From Bdellovibrionota bacterium (GTDB lineage Bacteria; Bdellovibrionota_C; UBA2361; JBGSMV01), in contig JBGSMV010000031.1 of NCBI GenBank assembly GCA_041739995.1, positions 64,001-128,000 of the forward strand: DNA of 64,000 nucleotides, written 5' to 3'. The translations under genes were made by a program, and so were the position numbers. Below the pieces are notes generated by a model. The model made no database searches and was not told the DNA's origin. It saw only the letters and a program-made list of their open reading frames with translations. This document shows positions 41,973-52,339 of the stretch, one piece after another; the first letter of the stretch is position 1; each line of letters starts with the position of its first letter.

Positions 41973-42764
41973 TCAAGCCTGTCTCGCGGCAAACGCTCTT
42001 TGGCGCCTCGTTCCGCGAGAGAGTTCTTGAAACAAATGTGCACGAAACAACATAAACCAGTGTGCAAGTATCACCCCGAGACCAGCCGCCAGGATACCAA
42101 ATTCCCCCGAGATCAAAGCCCTGGGCGCTTCCATAACCATTGAAATGGGTAAGAGCGGATACGAGGAAGCGAACTGAATGACAAACACGTCAAACCCAAG
42201 CGAGAGAAAGGGCAGAGAGAGTAGAATGAATGGGAGATACCACTCGATTGCGTTATCTCGCACAAAGCGAAAAGCCTCTAGCAATGCATGCACGCTTTCG
42301 GCACGATTTAGGTACAACACCTCCGGGGTGGCGTTGCATGCAAATATGATGAAAAGCGAAAGCAGTAGCTGCAGCCCCGGCATCTGCGCGCCCATTGCCA
42401 CAGACTCAACCAGAAGGCTGGCAATCCAAAGCACGAACGAGACGCTAATTATTCCAAAGAATAGGGCCACGTCGAATTCTTTGAGATCTACCATTCGTAC
42501 ACGTTGGCGAGTGACTGTTTGACTAAGCCAATTGTAGTAGAGAGTAAGGGCAGCAAGCGCAAAAAGGCTCACCAAAAACCCACCCAACATGCCAAGGCTA
42601 CCTAGCGCAAAGCTTAAGAATACGAAGGCGAGATACAAACCAACGATACCTGGAATTATCACCCAGTTACGACGAAGCCCTGCCGTCGCGCTGCGCGCAC
42701 TTGCGACGTAAATCGCAAGCGTACCTGTGACAATTTCGCTCCACTTGAGATTCATAGGTTCCAC
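41973..42764 (-). CDS. Integral membrane hypothetical protein
   Basis: Several TM segments; C-terminal RRQR motif; lies between pcnB and kdsB. Confidence 0.75.
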   Translation of the reverse strand: MEPMNLKWSEIVTGTLAIYVASARSATAGLRRNWVIIPGIVGLYLAFVFLSFALGSLGMLGGFLVSLFALAALTLYYNWLSQTVTRQRVRMVDLKEFDVALFFGIISVSFVLWIASLLVESVAMGAQMPGLQLLLSLFIIFACNATPEVLYLNRAESVHALLEAFRFVRDNAIEWYLPFILLSLPFLSLGFDVFVIQFASSYPLLPISMVMEAPRALISGEFGILAAGLGVILAHWFMLFRAHLFQELSRGTRRQRAFAARQA

Positions 42765-42811
42765 TTATTCAAATGCAGCTCATTCAAATGCAGCACGGAG
42801 TGAAAGACTCC

Positions 42812-44143
42812 CTAATCGACTGACTCGCCGGCAGAGTCTTCCGATCTCTCGCCCCGTCTTCCCGCACCACCACGTCTTCTTCTGCGTCGAGGACGCCCCC
42901 GTGCCGAGTCGGTAGCAGACCTAGCGCGTCGCTTGCGCGAAGCACCTCCTCGTTCGATCTCCGCGATAACCCTCTCCTCTACTCCAACCAATTCAAGCAA
43001 AAGCAGAAAGTCTTCAAAAACTTCAAAATCTACTGAAGGCAAGTCCACCTCTCCATCAGAGTCCTGCTGCCGCACCGCAAACCAAGCATACAACATAGAC
43101 TCCACACGTTCTCGCTCTCGACGCGGTACGCTGAGCTTTTGAAAGCATCCCGACAGGTGAGCGCCAAGCTCCTCTTCGGTTTGCCACAATTGAACAGGTT
43201 CTCCTGTGCGCACACGGAAGCCGGGAGCCGCCAGCAGCACCAGGACACTAAGCACCACCGCCACACTGGGGCCCTTTCCTACTCGAAAGCGCTCATCAAT
43301 TTCTTTGAGCAGCACACTCGCCGTGCTCTTATCGTCGAATAGTGCTGGGAAATCATGCAGCAGCTCAGGAAGTAGCTGATCAAGAAGTTGGGACTGGGCA
43401 AGCAACCTCAGGATTTTCAAAAAGTGCCCGGACTGCATGTCTTTTTTCAGTTCTTCATAGATACGCATGCTCGGACAGCTCGCAATCAATCCCTTTAGCT
43501 CTCCGATTGCGTCCCATGACTCACGATGAATCGCGAACCCCGCACGAGCGGCGTGGCGCACTACCCGCAACATGCGTACCGGATCTTCCTTGAACCGAAC
43601 CTCGGCATTCCCAATAACTCGAATCACTCGGTCCGAGAGGTCTCGAATTCCTCCGACGTAATCAATCACCGAGAAGGTGGACAGGTCATAAAAGAGGCCG
43701 TTAATAGTGATATCTCTACGAATCGCGTCGGTAACTTCCGTTCCATACTTATTGTCCGCAGCCAGCTGAGCGACTTCATCGCCTGCCTCGTCGCCCTCGA
43801 CTGGATCGCTCACATCGCGAAACGTTGATACTTCAATTATCTTGCCGCCACCGAAAAAGATGTGCACCAACTTAAACCGTCGCCCAATGATGCGACTGTT
43901 GGAAAAAAGGGCTTTTACTCGACGTGGAGTGGCGTCAGTGGTGATGTCAAAATCTTTAGGTTTTTTCCCCAGCAGCAGATCTCGCACCCCACCCCCGACC
44001 ATGTAGGCTTTGAACCCAGCCCGAATTAGTCGGTACATGATTTTCAATGCATCCGAGTCAATCTCGTTACGTGAGATGTCGTGCTCATCTCGGGAATAGA
44101 TCTCCGGTTGAGTTTTAAGAATATCGCTTTTGTTTTCGCTCAT
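42812..44143 (-). CDS. pcnB: Poly(A) polymerase I
   Basis: VGGGVRDLL..KDFD, PAP-specific IIGRRFKLVH, RRDITIN, EDPVRMLR, Arg-rich tail. Confidence 0.9.
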   Translation of the reverse strand: MSENKSDILKTQPEIYSRDEHDISRNEIDSDALKIMYRLIRAGFKAYMVGGGVRDLLLGKKPKDFDITTDATPRRVKALFSNSRIIGRRFKLVHIFFGGGKIIEVSTFRDVSDPVEGDEAGDEVAQLAADNKYGTEVTDAIRRDITINGLFYDLSTFSVIDYVGGIRDLSDRVIRVIGNAEVRFKEDPVRMLRVVRHAARAGFAIHRESWDAIGELKGLIASCPSMRIYEELKKDMQSGHFLKILRLLAQSQLLDQLLPELLHDFPALFDDKSTASVLLKEIDERFRVGKGPSVAVVLSVLVLLAAPGFRVRTGEPVQLWQTEEELGAHLSGCFQKLSVPRRERERVESMLYAWFAVRQQDSDGEVDLPSVDFEVFEDFLLLLELVGVEERVIAEIERGGASRKRRARSATDSARGRPRRRRRRGGAGRRGERSEDSAGESVD

Positions 44144-44476
44144 GGGGAAGGCAACAGGAATGAAGTCTGACAATTGGTAGAGTTCGGCAACATTGCACAG
44201 GTCAAAAATCGAGAAGAAATCAGCAACATCCAGGAGTTCAGATAGTTAGGTAATCCCTCACTCCCTCTTCACGAGGGCGGGAGAACTGCAGAATATCTGC
44301 TCGAGATGCGCCTCTAAAGGTCCACTCTCCTCGGGTGACCGACGAGGGGGCGAACGTCGCCCCAGCTGAAATAGCACAGAGCGAGAATGCACTAAAGAGA
44401 TCCAATGGTTAGAGCTGGGCTGGAAATTGGATTTGATCTCTGACTTCTGGTAAACCCTCAATCTCTTAAGTATTTT

Positions 44477-44549
44477 GGCCCCATCGTCTAGTGGCCTAGG
44501 ACGCTGGCCTCTCACGCTGGAAACACGGGTTCGAGTCCCGTTGGGGTCA
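44477..44549 (+). tRNA. tRNA-Glu(CTC), CCA not encoded
   Basis: GGCCCCA/TGGGGTC acceptor, D-arm GTCTAGTGGCCTAGGAC, anticodon loop CTCTCAC, GGTTCGAGTCCC. Confidence 0.93.
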
Positions 44550-44734
44550 TTTTGCCACTCTAGTATCTTTTGAAGCGCCGTTTTCAGGCGCGGGCTCTTT
44601 GGGAGCACCGTCTTAAGGCGGTGCGGTGTGCTTTAGGTCGGCGCTATGCGTCTAGGCCCAAGAGTGTGTCCACGCGGTTTTGCGCCCCACTCAGTTTGAA
44701 AGATGTTACTGTTGATGGCTGAGAGGATAACGAC

Positions 44735-45601
44735 ATGGATCTGAAAACCGGACTCGCCACAATGCTTTCTAACGGCGTCATCATGGACGTCGTCAACGTG
44801 GAACAAGCTCGCATCGCTGAAGATGCTGGAGCAGTCGCGGTCATGGCGCTCGAGAGAGTGCCTTCAGACATCCGGAAACAAGGCGGAGTCGCGCGCATGA
44901 GCGACCCGGAAATGATCGAAGCAATCAAGAGCGCCGTGAGCATTCCGGTCATGGCGAAAGTCAGAATTGGACACATCGCAGAAGCTCAGATTCTTGAATC
45001 CATTGGCATCGACTTCATCGATGAATCTGAGGTGCTCACTCCTGCTGACGCAAGCTTTCATGTAAATAAGTTCACCTTCAAGACCCCTTTCGTCTGTGGA
45101 GCCTGCAACTTGGGAGAGGCGCTGCGTCGCATTGCCGAAGGTGCCGCACTAATTCGAACCAAGGGGGAGGCAGGTACCGGCAACGTTATTGAAGCCGTAA
45201 GACACATTCGGCAGATCACTTCTGAACTTAAGCAGCTCACCAAACTTTCCACTTCGCAGCTTGATGAAAAAGCTGATGAATACAGGGTATCCTCAGCTCT
45301 TGTGGAACAAGTCGCTCAAGCTGGTCGCCTCCCGGTTCCTAACTTTGCAGCCGGTGGCATCGCGACTCCCGCCGACGCTGCGCTGATCCGACAGCTTGGC
45401 GCCGAAGCGGTATTTGTTGGTTCAGGCATTTTTAAGGCCGAGCAGCCTGCGCGTGTTGCGAAAGCGATTGTTGAAGCAACCACTCACTTCGATAAACCTG
45501 ATATTCTGTTGAAAGTCTCGCGAGGGCTTGGGAAGGCAATGGAAGGACTGACTCTAGAATCTATCCCGGAAGCACAGCGCCTGGCGCAGCGCGGCTGGTA
45601 G
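44735..45601 (+). CDS. pdxS: PLP synthase lyase subunit
   Basis: [47 protein letters not shown]. Confidence 0.97.
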   Translation: MDLKTGLATMLSNGVIMDVVNVEQARIAEDAGAVAVMALERVPSDIRKQGGVARMSDPEMIEAIKSAVSIPVMAKVRIGHIAEAQILESIGIDFIDESEVLTPADASFHVNKFTFKTPFVCGACNLGEALRRIAEGAALIRTKGEAGTGNVIEAVRHIRQITSELKQLTKLSTSQLDEKADEYRVSSALVEQVAQAGRLPVPNFAAGGIATPADAALIRQLGAEAVFVGSGIFKAEQPARVAKAIVEATTHFDKPDILLKVSRGLGKAMEGLTLESIPEAQRLAQRGW

Positions 45602-45625
45602 ACCTGTGATAGGCTTGTTAGCCCT

Positions 45626-46327
45626 ATGAAGCGCTCAAATTGCGGAATACTGGCCCTGCAAGGCTGCATTGAGCCGCACGAACTGGCATTAGGTAGGCTT
45701 GGTGTCGCCGCTCTAAAAGTCCGCTCACCAGAAGATCTCGAAAAAGTCGAGGCTCTCATTCTTCCAGGCGGTGAGAGCACCACTATGCTTCGCCTCATTC
45801 GCAGCGCAGGACTCTTTGAACCGCTTCAGCAGTTTTCTGAGAATTTTCCCATGTGGGGCATCTGCGCTGGTGCAATTCTTATGGCCAAAGAAGTATGCCA
45901 CCCCCACCAAGAGTCGCTTGGGGTAATGTCGATTCGAGCGACGCGGAACTTTTACGGGTCGCAGCGTGAGTCGTTCAAAGCGAGTATTGAGATCTCAGGC
46001 CTTAAAAATATTCTTAAGCCCAAGCACACGGTTGAAGTGGATTTCATTCGGGCTCCGATGCTTGAAGCTCTCAGTAACTCCGCTGACGAGCCGCACGTTT
46101 CCGTGTTGGCAGCACATCAGCACCATCCGGTAATGCTACAGCAGGGACACTTGCTCGCCACTTCGTTCCACATCGAGCTTGGGGAAGATTCAAGGTTACA
46201 TGAGTACTTTGTCTCAATGCCGAGTATCTCAGTGAAAGACACTGCTGCTCACGAAACGGAGGACCATTTGGATATGACGGTACCTTCCAAATTCGGACGG
46301 AAGGAAACCAACTCAAGAAGGCTTTAA
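45626..46327 (+). CDS. pdxT: PLP synthase glutaminase subunit
   Basis: GILALQG, LPGGESTT, GICAG, FIRAP, SFHIEL. Confidence 0.95.
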   Translation: MKRSNCGILALQGCIEPHELALGRLGVAALKVRSPEDLEKVEALILPGGESTTMLRLIRSAGLFEPLQQFSENFPMWGICAGAILMAKEVCHPHQESLGVMSIRATRNFYGSQRESFKASIEISGLKNILKPKHTVEVDFIRAPMLEALSNSADEPHVSVLAAHQHHPVMLQQGHLLATSFHIELGEDSRLHEYFVSMPSISVKDTAAHETEDHLDMTVPSKFGRKETNSRRL

Positions 46328-47860
46328 GTCGGCCTCACTGGTTCCTTGTCCCGGCTCTGGAAAAGCAACATACACTCCCTCTTGAGACGCATCCCACGTC
46401 TGTGCAACTCCACCCAGCGTAGTTTCTGCGAATCCAAACACCACCTTCGTTAAATCAACCGTGTCCTTAATGCCCTGTGCACCGGAGATCTGCGGAGGCA
46501 GGGCCTTGCGAAGCACGACCACCGCACAATAGTCGCTGCCATTGAGCGCTTCTTCGCCCTTGGAAATGCGCTGCAATCGCTGCGCTGAGAGATGCTGAAC
46601 CTCCAAATTGGGAGCATACACTGAGGCTGGTGCATTGAGGTAACGCGCCTCCGCGCCCTGCACCACTCCAAATGCTGACTCCAGTTCAATTAATCCCGAA
46701 TGAAGCAAAATCGACTTCCCTTGCCCTTCGCAGCGCCCGCCTTCGCTCACTAGCTTAAACGCTCCGCGCCAATTCTCGACCTGCCAGGAGCGATCGAAGG
46801 CTCTACCCGTAGTGAGCACACTAACCACCAGCAAGGCCAGCAACTGTGCACGCCGAGGCTTAAGCGCCCCTATGAAAAGAGACACAAGCACTGCGGCGCC
46901 AACCATGCACCACAACACGTAGCGCCCCGTAAACAAGCCTATGTCTAGAAGGGCGCTCACCCACAGCGCGACCGGTATCAGCAGCCACCAACTCAACAGC
47001 TCGAACAACCCACGACGTGAAATACTCTCGATTTTTAGCGAATTGTCCCCGCGCCCAACAAACATGGCGCCAACCACACAAAGTGCGGCACAGACCGGCA
47101 GCGCGGCGGCAACCGGCACCATCGTACGAAAGAAATCAACCAAAGAGGGATTACTCAAAAAGCGCAGATCGCGCCCTTCCATTAAAGCGCTCAGCTGCCA
47201 CAGGCCAGGGCTTGCCAACAGAGCTGAGCCAATAACCGCGACCAACGCCCGACGCCATTGGGAACGAGCCAAAAGTAGCCCAACTAAGCCGCACGCGAAA
47301 AAGAGATAGTGTGCGTATGCGGCACACGCCAGAAGTAATAATGGGGCAAACGCCACGCCTTTAGCCGGCTGCCCAGAAGTATCGGAAAGCCTAGAAAATG
47401 CGCGCAATGCAAGGACCGAAAAAAACAACGCGAGAGCGTAGGGCCTCGCACTCATCGCCAGCAGCACTTGATCCAATGACAGCAAGACCACCACCGCAAA
47501 CCCGGCGGCAATATTCCCGGCCAGCCTTCGAACCCAGAAGGCCGCAATGCACAGAGTAAGCACTACCAAAAACACGCTGGGCAGGCGTAGTGCTACTTCT
47601 GAGAATCCAAAGACTTGCGCCCAACTCCATAGAACCAAGTAGTACAGTGGCGACTGTCCTTGAAAGGCAATCGATCGAGAAATGACTTGAGACCACCCAT
47701 CAGAAACAATCCATCGACTTACTGTTTCATCAAGCCAAAAACTGTCTCTCAAAAATCCGTTGGAAAAAACGGCGACAAACACCAACAACAAGAGACCCGC
47801 TATCGCGACCTGTTCGAGCCTGCGCACTAGGCTAGCACCCTGCATAGGGGTTCTCCTCAT
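46313..47860 (-). CDS. GT-C (family 39 / ArnT-PMT-like) membrane glycosyltransferase
   Basis: SFWLDE, QSPLYY, SEVALRLPS, ARPYAL, multiple TMs. Confidence 0.8.
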   Translation of the reverse strand: MRRTPMQGASLVRRLEQVAIAGLLLLVFVAVFSNGFLRDSFWLDETVSRWIVSDGWSQVISRSIAFQGQSPLYYLVLWSWAQVFGFSEVALRLPSVFLVVLTLCIAAFWVRRLAGNIAAGFAVVVLLSLDQVLLAMSARPYALALFFSVLALRAFSRLSDTSGQPAKGVAFAPLLLLACAAYAHYLFFACGLVGLLLARSQWRRALVAVIGSALLASPGLWQLSALMEGRDLRFLSNPSLVDFFRTMVPVAAALPVCAALCVVGAMFVGRGDNSLKIESISRRGLFELLSWWLLIPVALWVSALLDIGLFTGRYVLWCMVGAAVLVSLFIGALKPRRAQLLALLVVSVLTTGRAFDRSWQVENWRGAFKLVSEGGRCEGQGKSILLHSGLIELESAFGVVQGAEARYLNAPASVYAPNLEVQHLSAQRLQRISKGEEALNGSDYCAVVVLRKALPPQISGAQGIKDTVDLTKVVFGFAETTLGGVAQTWDASQEGVYVAFPEPGQGTSEADLKPS

Positions 47861-48782
47861 CTTCCGTTGGGCGCGTGCGCCAGCGGCGATGGAACCAGAA
47901 CCATAATTCTGGTTGAATTCGGATCAGTCGCTCATGGCGTGTCGAGAGTTCTGCGGTGATTATCCTTATTTTCTCTTCCTTGCTCAGGGTTTGATCTTGA
48001 ATGCAAGCCTTAAAATCGCATTCTTCCGCAAAGGTTTGGTAGTTATCCGTGCCCAGCTGATGCCGTATTCCCACTACAAGCACTGGGCACTCAAGCCGCA
48101 GCACCGCCAAAGCGAGCGTCTTGGTAGTGGCCGCCTCCTTACCGAACAAGGGAACGAAGGTCGCGTGATTTCTGGTCACATTCTGATCAAACAACAATGC
48201 AACATCTCTTCCTGATTGAAGCTGCCTGAACACATCTTTGAACGCACCTTGGCGGTTGATAACCTTATTGCCTAAACGCTCTCGCCCTGCGGTCCACCAC
48301 CGATCAACTACCTCCAGTTTAAAGTTTCTCACTACAAAAGCGATTGGGTCTCCCCAATGAGGTAAGCAATGCGCCAACAGCTCGAAACTTCCCACATGTC
48401 CGGTCGCCAATAGCACTCCTTTGCCAGGATTCCGCGCCTTCACTTCTCGACGCAACTCTCGAAAAGGGCCACTCACATGAGTATCAACCCACTGTTGGTC
48501 AATCGTGGGCATGCGTGCAAAATCAATCAAGATTCTCGCGAGTGAGAACACTGATTTTTGATATATCTCTTCACGCCATTCAGGCGTGGCTTCTGGATAG
48601 GCAATCTCTAGATTGCGAATCGCGATGCGACGGTACTTCGGCCTTAATGCCAACCCGCCTCGAATCAATGCTCCAAAAATTCGCTCAGCATAGGCCACAG
48701 GGATCTGACGTAGGAGCCAGGTGAGGGCTCGGAGTAGCAAAACGAGTGGATGAAGGGATGCGTATTTGCTCATGAGGTACAA
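47832..48782 (-). CDS. lpxL: Lipid A biosynthesis acyltransferase (LpxL/HtrB family)
   Basis: GHVGSFE (HxxxxE), LFDQ, VPLFG, PELWFWFHRRWR. Confidence 0.88.
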   Translation of the reverse strand: MYLMSKYASLHPLVLLLRALTWLLRQIPVAYAERIFGALIRGGLALRPKYRRIAIRNLEIAYPEATPEWREEIYQKSVFSLARILIDFARMPTIDQQWVDTHVSGPFRELRREVKARNPGKGVLLATGHVGSFELLAHCLPHWGDPIAFVVRNFKLEVVDRWWTAGRERLGNKVINRQGAFKDVFRQLQSGRDVALLFDQNVTRNHATFVPLFGKEAATTKTLALAVLRLECPVLVVGIRHQLGTDNYQTFAEECDFKACIQDQTLSKEEKIRIITAELSTRHERLIRIQPELWFWFHRRWRTRPTEDEENPYAGC

Positions 48783-48925
48783 TGAACCGGAAGTCTTGCT
48801 CCGATATACGATATTCCAGCCACACCTAATAGATCGCTAACGCCGCTGTCCCGGGAAAACTCTAATGATTCTGCCGAGAAACCGCTTACCGGAGGGGCCT
48901 AAAACCCTACCATCGTCGCCCTCAG

Positions 48926-48952
48926 TAAACTTTCTTCCCAAATCACCGATAT
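48926..48952 (+). promoter_or_regulatory. Sigma28-like promoter upstream of the protease gene
   Basis: TAAA-N15-ACCGATAT. Confidence 0.55.
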
Positions 48953-49039
48953 AGAGCCCAGTTCATAACCTCTAGGGTGTGGTTTGGTAGCTCCTCACGG
49001 CGGCTACCCTCTACGAGGTTGTCATTAGGGGTGGAAAAC

Positions 49040-49897
49040 ATGAAGACTTTCTCCTTTCGTCTCGGAAAAGCGTTCTCACTAAGCTTGGGTGTCTTGTGCC
49101 TATCATTTTCTCTATCAGGCTGTGGTGGCGGAGACTCCACTACCTCAAACACCGACGAGCACACCAGTTCGAGAATCGTTAACGGCATAGCGATCGACCA
49201 GAGCGAGCTTCCTCCCGTAAAACGTCTCTTTCTAAATGTCCCTGGCCAAGACCCTCAGTTTCTTTGCTCAGGAACTTTTATAAGCCCAATTCATTTTCTC
49301 ACCGCAGCTCATTGTGTGGTGTTTAGCGGCGTAGGGCAGATTCCTGCCGAATATCTTGCGGTTGAAATAGAGCCTGGAATTATAGCCCCTGCTTCCGGCG
49401 TTGCATCGCACGCCGGATATCAGCCCGATGTCACTGTCCCAAGCGCTGAGATCCCAAACCTCACCTACTTTCCGGGTGACATTGCTCTGGTAGTAACTTC
49501 ATCTCCGTACGAAGGACCTGTCGCCCCTGTCTCCACTCGCTTTCCGGGAGTTGGTCAGGAAATCTTGATTGCCGGATTCGGACAGTATCAATCGGACATT
49601 CCGAGCGACCAAGCCTTGCGTTACGGAGTAACCACTATCGACGCCATTAGCATGCTTGATGGTGTCTTCTATTGGTTGTTTGACGGCTTCCATGAAAGTA
49701 ACACGTGCTACGGCGATTCTGGTGGTCCCGCATTCGTACGTTTCGCCGAAGAAGAGCCTCTCGTGCTGGTGGGAATTACTTCTGGTGGAGGCCCAACCTG
49801 CGAGCCTTACTCGATCTCATTCGACACCCTGGTGCCGCACCCAGCGTACATAGAATTCATTAATCAGATTACCGTTGGATTTCACAGTCAGTTGTAA
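49040..49897 (+). CDS. Trypsin-like (S1) serine protease lipoprotein
   Basis: Lipobox LSGC, R-IVNG activation site, TAAHC / DIAL / GDSGGP triad. Confidence 0.92.
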   Translation: MKTFSFRLGKAFSLSLGVLCLSFSLSGCGGGDSTTSNTDEHTSSRIVNGIAIDQSELPPVKRLFLNVPGQDPQFLCSGTFISPIHFLTAAHCVVFSGVGQIPAEYLAVEIEPGIIAPASGVASHAGYQPDVTVPSAEIPNLTYFPGDIALVVTSSPYEGPVAPVSTRFPGVGQEILIAGFGQYQSDIPSDQALRYGVTTIDAISMLDGVFYWLFDGFHESNTCYGDSGGPAFVRFAEEEPLVLVGITSGGGPTCEPYSISFDTLVPHPAYIEFINQITVGFHSQL

Positions 49898-49903
49898 CTT
49901 TCA
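49862..49903 (+). repeat. Direct repeat copy 1 (3' end of protease gene)
   Basis: 37 of 42 nt identical to 50997-51038 by manual alignment. Confidence 0.85.
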
Positions 49904-50148
49904 GTAAAAGCTGAAAACGTAACTGGCCACCAGAGTTTGAATCCGTATAGTAAGTCGGCACAATGCAGAGACCTGTAATCCATCTTGGAACTGATATCTC
50001 TTTCTTGTCTGGCCCTAAACGGAGCAACTGTGTTTTGTGACCGGTTAGTTGTTCTCACCCCCGATTTGCTCCGCAAATCGGCCCCTGAGGGGTATTTCGT
50101 CCGGGTTATGCTGACTAGTTACCTGGAACCCAAACAGAGCCATTTAGG

Positions 50149-50574
50149 TTAATCCCGGACCGAGAAGCCCTCTTTTCGGGCTGCGATCGCGAGTCGTTCG
50201 TCGAAAGACACGAACGCAACGCGCGAGGCGAGATCCTCTGAGGCAACGATGGCACCGGCGAGCTGAAACGCGTCTGCGGTTCGGAGAGGATGCAGGCGCA
50301 AAAGCCGATTCGCTCTCTCTCTTACCATGTCGCTGGGAAGAACCTCGTTCCAGTGCGTTGCAAGCTCCGCCAAGGCCCTTAGGGCCTGCTCAGCTTCACC
50401 ATTGCTAAGGAGTTGCTCCCGTTCAAGACGGGCGATCGCCGAAACGCATTCCGTGTAGGTGCCCCACCACACAAAGATTCCGAGACTTTCCTCTCGAAAA
50501 TACTCTAGAGCACGACTGCTTAATGCCTGGTCGAGAATTAAAGGCACCAGGGCGGAGGTATCCCAAAAATTCAT
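50149..50574 (-). CDS. vapC: VapC/PIN-domain toxin
   Basis: FWDTSALVPL, LRTADAFQLA, FVSFDERL..AA..EG. Confidence 0.9.
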   Translation of the reverse strand: MNFWDTSALVPLILDQALSSRALEYFREESLGIFVWWGTYTECVSAIARLEREQLLSNGEAEQALRALAELATHWNEVLPSDMVRERANRLLRLHPLRTADAFQLAGAIVASEDLASRVAFVSFDERLAIAARKEGFSVRD

Positions 50575-50885
50575 CTATCCTCAGCTCGTTCAGCCAGCAC
50601 CGCGGCGAGAATGTCCGCTTTTTTATTCTTCGGCGTTACGCGTAATGACTCAATCTTAGAAAAATCAGATTTTCTCTTTTCTGCTCGCCTCAGAAGGCCG
50701 GCGCGTTCGAGACGCTGCGCCACCACATCGGTCTCTCCATCCTCAGATTCCTCACCTCCAGCATACACCACGCGAATGATGGGCGTTTTGCGATCGTAGA
50801 CTAGCAGCGAGGTTTTTCCTTTACGGACCAAATCGACTAGCGCGCTGAAGTTATTCTTCAATTGAGTTAATGTAACCGACTTCAT
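50571..50885 (-). CDS. Phd/YefM-family antitoxin
   Basis: MKSVTLTQLKNNFSALVDLVRKG; ATGA overlap with the toxin gene. Confidence 0.88.
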   Translation of the reverse strand: MKSVTLTQLKNNFSALVDLVRKGKTSLLVYDRKTPIIRVVYAGGEESEDGETDVVAQRLERAGLLRRAEKRKSDFSKIESLRVTPKNKKADILAAVLAERAEDR

Positions 50886-50996
50886 TTAACCATTATAGTC
50901 ATTTTAAAATATCTATACCATGGATTTTTTACCAAGTATTTTCAGAAGGTTAGGCCTGACAGCGAGTGGATGTCCTCGATTCGCTTTAGAGTGATC

Positions 50997-51038
50997 AATC
51001 AGACTACGGTTGGATTTCACAGTCCGTTGTAGTTTTCA
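50997..51038 (+). repeat. Direct repeat copy 2 (orphan copy of the protease 3' end)
   Basis: AATCAGACTACGGTTGGATTTCACAGTCCGTTGTAG translates to NQTTVGFHSPL* versus protease NQITVGFHSQL*. Confidence 0.85.
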
Positions 51039-51055
51039 ATCGAGAATCGACGGCG

Positions 51056-51529
51056 CTAGTCACGCGCTTCAAAGCCCTCATCCTCTGGTAGATCGCGGGC
51101 CTGACTCGCCATGACCGCAAGTTCGTCACAGCGATTATTATTGGGGTTACTGGCGTGCCCTTTCACCCAGATGAACGTGACCTCATGTTGCTCGACTAAC
51201 TCCAGCAACTGCTCCCATAGATCTGGATTAATCGCAGGCTCGCCTTTCTTCCCTCTTTTCCATCCGTTGGCTTTCCAGCGTTTGGCCCAGCCCTGCTCGA
51301 TAGCATCAACCACGTATTTGGAGTCACTATATAATTCGACGGCACACGGCTTGGTCAGAGAACGCAGTGCTTCAATCGCTGCGGTAAGCTCCATGCGATT
51401 GTTGGTAGTTCTTGCAAAGCCTCCTGAAATCTCTTTGGCCTTTTCTCCATGGCGCAAAATGGCTGCCCATCCGCCAGGACCAGGATTTCCTGAACATGCA
51501 CCGTCAGTGTAGATTTGCACCGCTTTCAC
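51056..51529 (-). CDS. rnhA: Ribonuclease HI
   Basis: [35 protein letters not shown]. Confidence 0.97.
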   Translation of the reverse strand: MKAVQIYTDGACSGNPGPGGWAAILRHGEKAKEISGGFARTTNNRMELTAAIEALRSLTKPCAVELYSDSKYVVDAIEQGWAKRWKANGWKRGKKGEPAINPDLWEQLLELVEQHEVTFIWVKGHASNPNNNRCDELAVMASQARDLPEDEGFEARD

Positions 51530-51617
51530 TATTTAATTCTCTTGAAATTTTAAGCTCCGCTCATCCGCTTCGCCAGAAAGAAGACGAAGTTCGAGGGACT
51601 CGTAGATTTTCCAGGAA

Positions 51618-52016
51618 TTAAGCTCCGCTCATTTCCTCAAGCAACATGTACACAAGGCGACACGCATCGGTCGATGTAAAGATGCCGCTCAAAGCCCCTT
51701 CCCCATCCATGATGAGCACGTAATCCAGGCGACGCTCCGCCATGCCGAGAGTGACATCTCCGACGGGGGTATCTCCGGTCACGGTTTCTGGAGAAGTATC
51801 ACACACTGCACCTACCGGGGGCGCATCTCCAAGTCCAGCCGTAGCAATTTGCGTCAATCGAAGAGCGCGCTCGGTAATCACACCGATTAACTCTCCGTTA
51901 TCAACCACAGGAAGATGCCGCACTCCTCGAAGCGACATAATGTGCAAGGCCTCGTCAATGGTCAGGGTTGAATCAACCTGATAGGGACAAGGCACCATTA
52001 CATCTTGAATTTTCAT
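51618..52016 (-). CDS. CBS-domain protein
   Basis: Tandem CBS motifs RHLPVV..LIGVIT and LSGIFTSTD. Confidence 0.88.
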   Translation of the reverse strand: MKIQDVMVPCPYQVDSTLTIDEALHIMSLRGVRHLPVVDNGELIGVITERALRLTQIATAGLGDAPPVGAVCDTSPETVTGDTPVGDVTLGMAERRLDYVLIMDGEGALSGIFTSTDACRLVYMLLEEMSGA

Positions 52017-52339
52017 ACTCGCCTTTCTCTCTAACTCTCTAATCGTATGCGGCTACGCACACACGCTGCCCTGCATTGAGGATACTTCTTGCAGGGGGCG
52101 CTTGCGAAGCTTCTCTTGCCGTTGCAGCCTACGGCGGAACAGTTTTGGTAGCCCCTCAGACTCTAGCGTACCAGTTTAACGAAGAGCTATCGTTAATTTT
52201 AGACCTCGCCGCGCCCATTGGCCCTTTGAATACCCCATGAAGAAGCATGTTAAAGACCACCAGCCATCACCGTTCCCTTCGGCTAGTCTCGACCCCCACA
52301 GGAGAACATTTTATACCAAGGCTATTTTAGATTAGGGCT

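Noticed and set aside
42812..44549. pcnB-like gene as the CCA-adding enzyme for the adjacent CCA-less tRNA-Glu
   Set aside because: The IIGRRF motif is the poly(A) polymerase signature; adjacency is probably incidental
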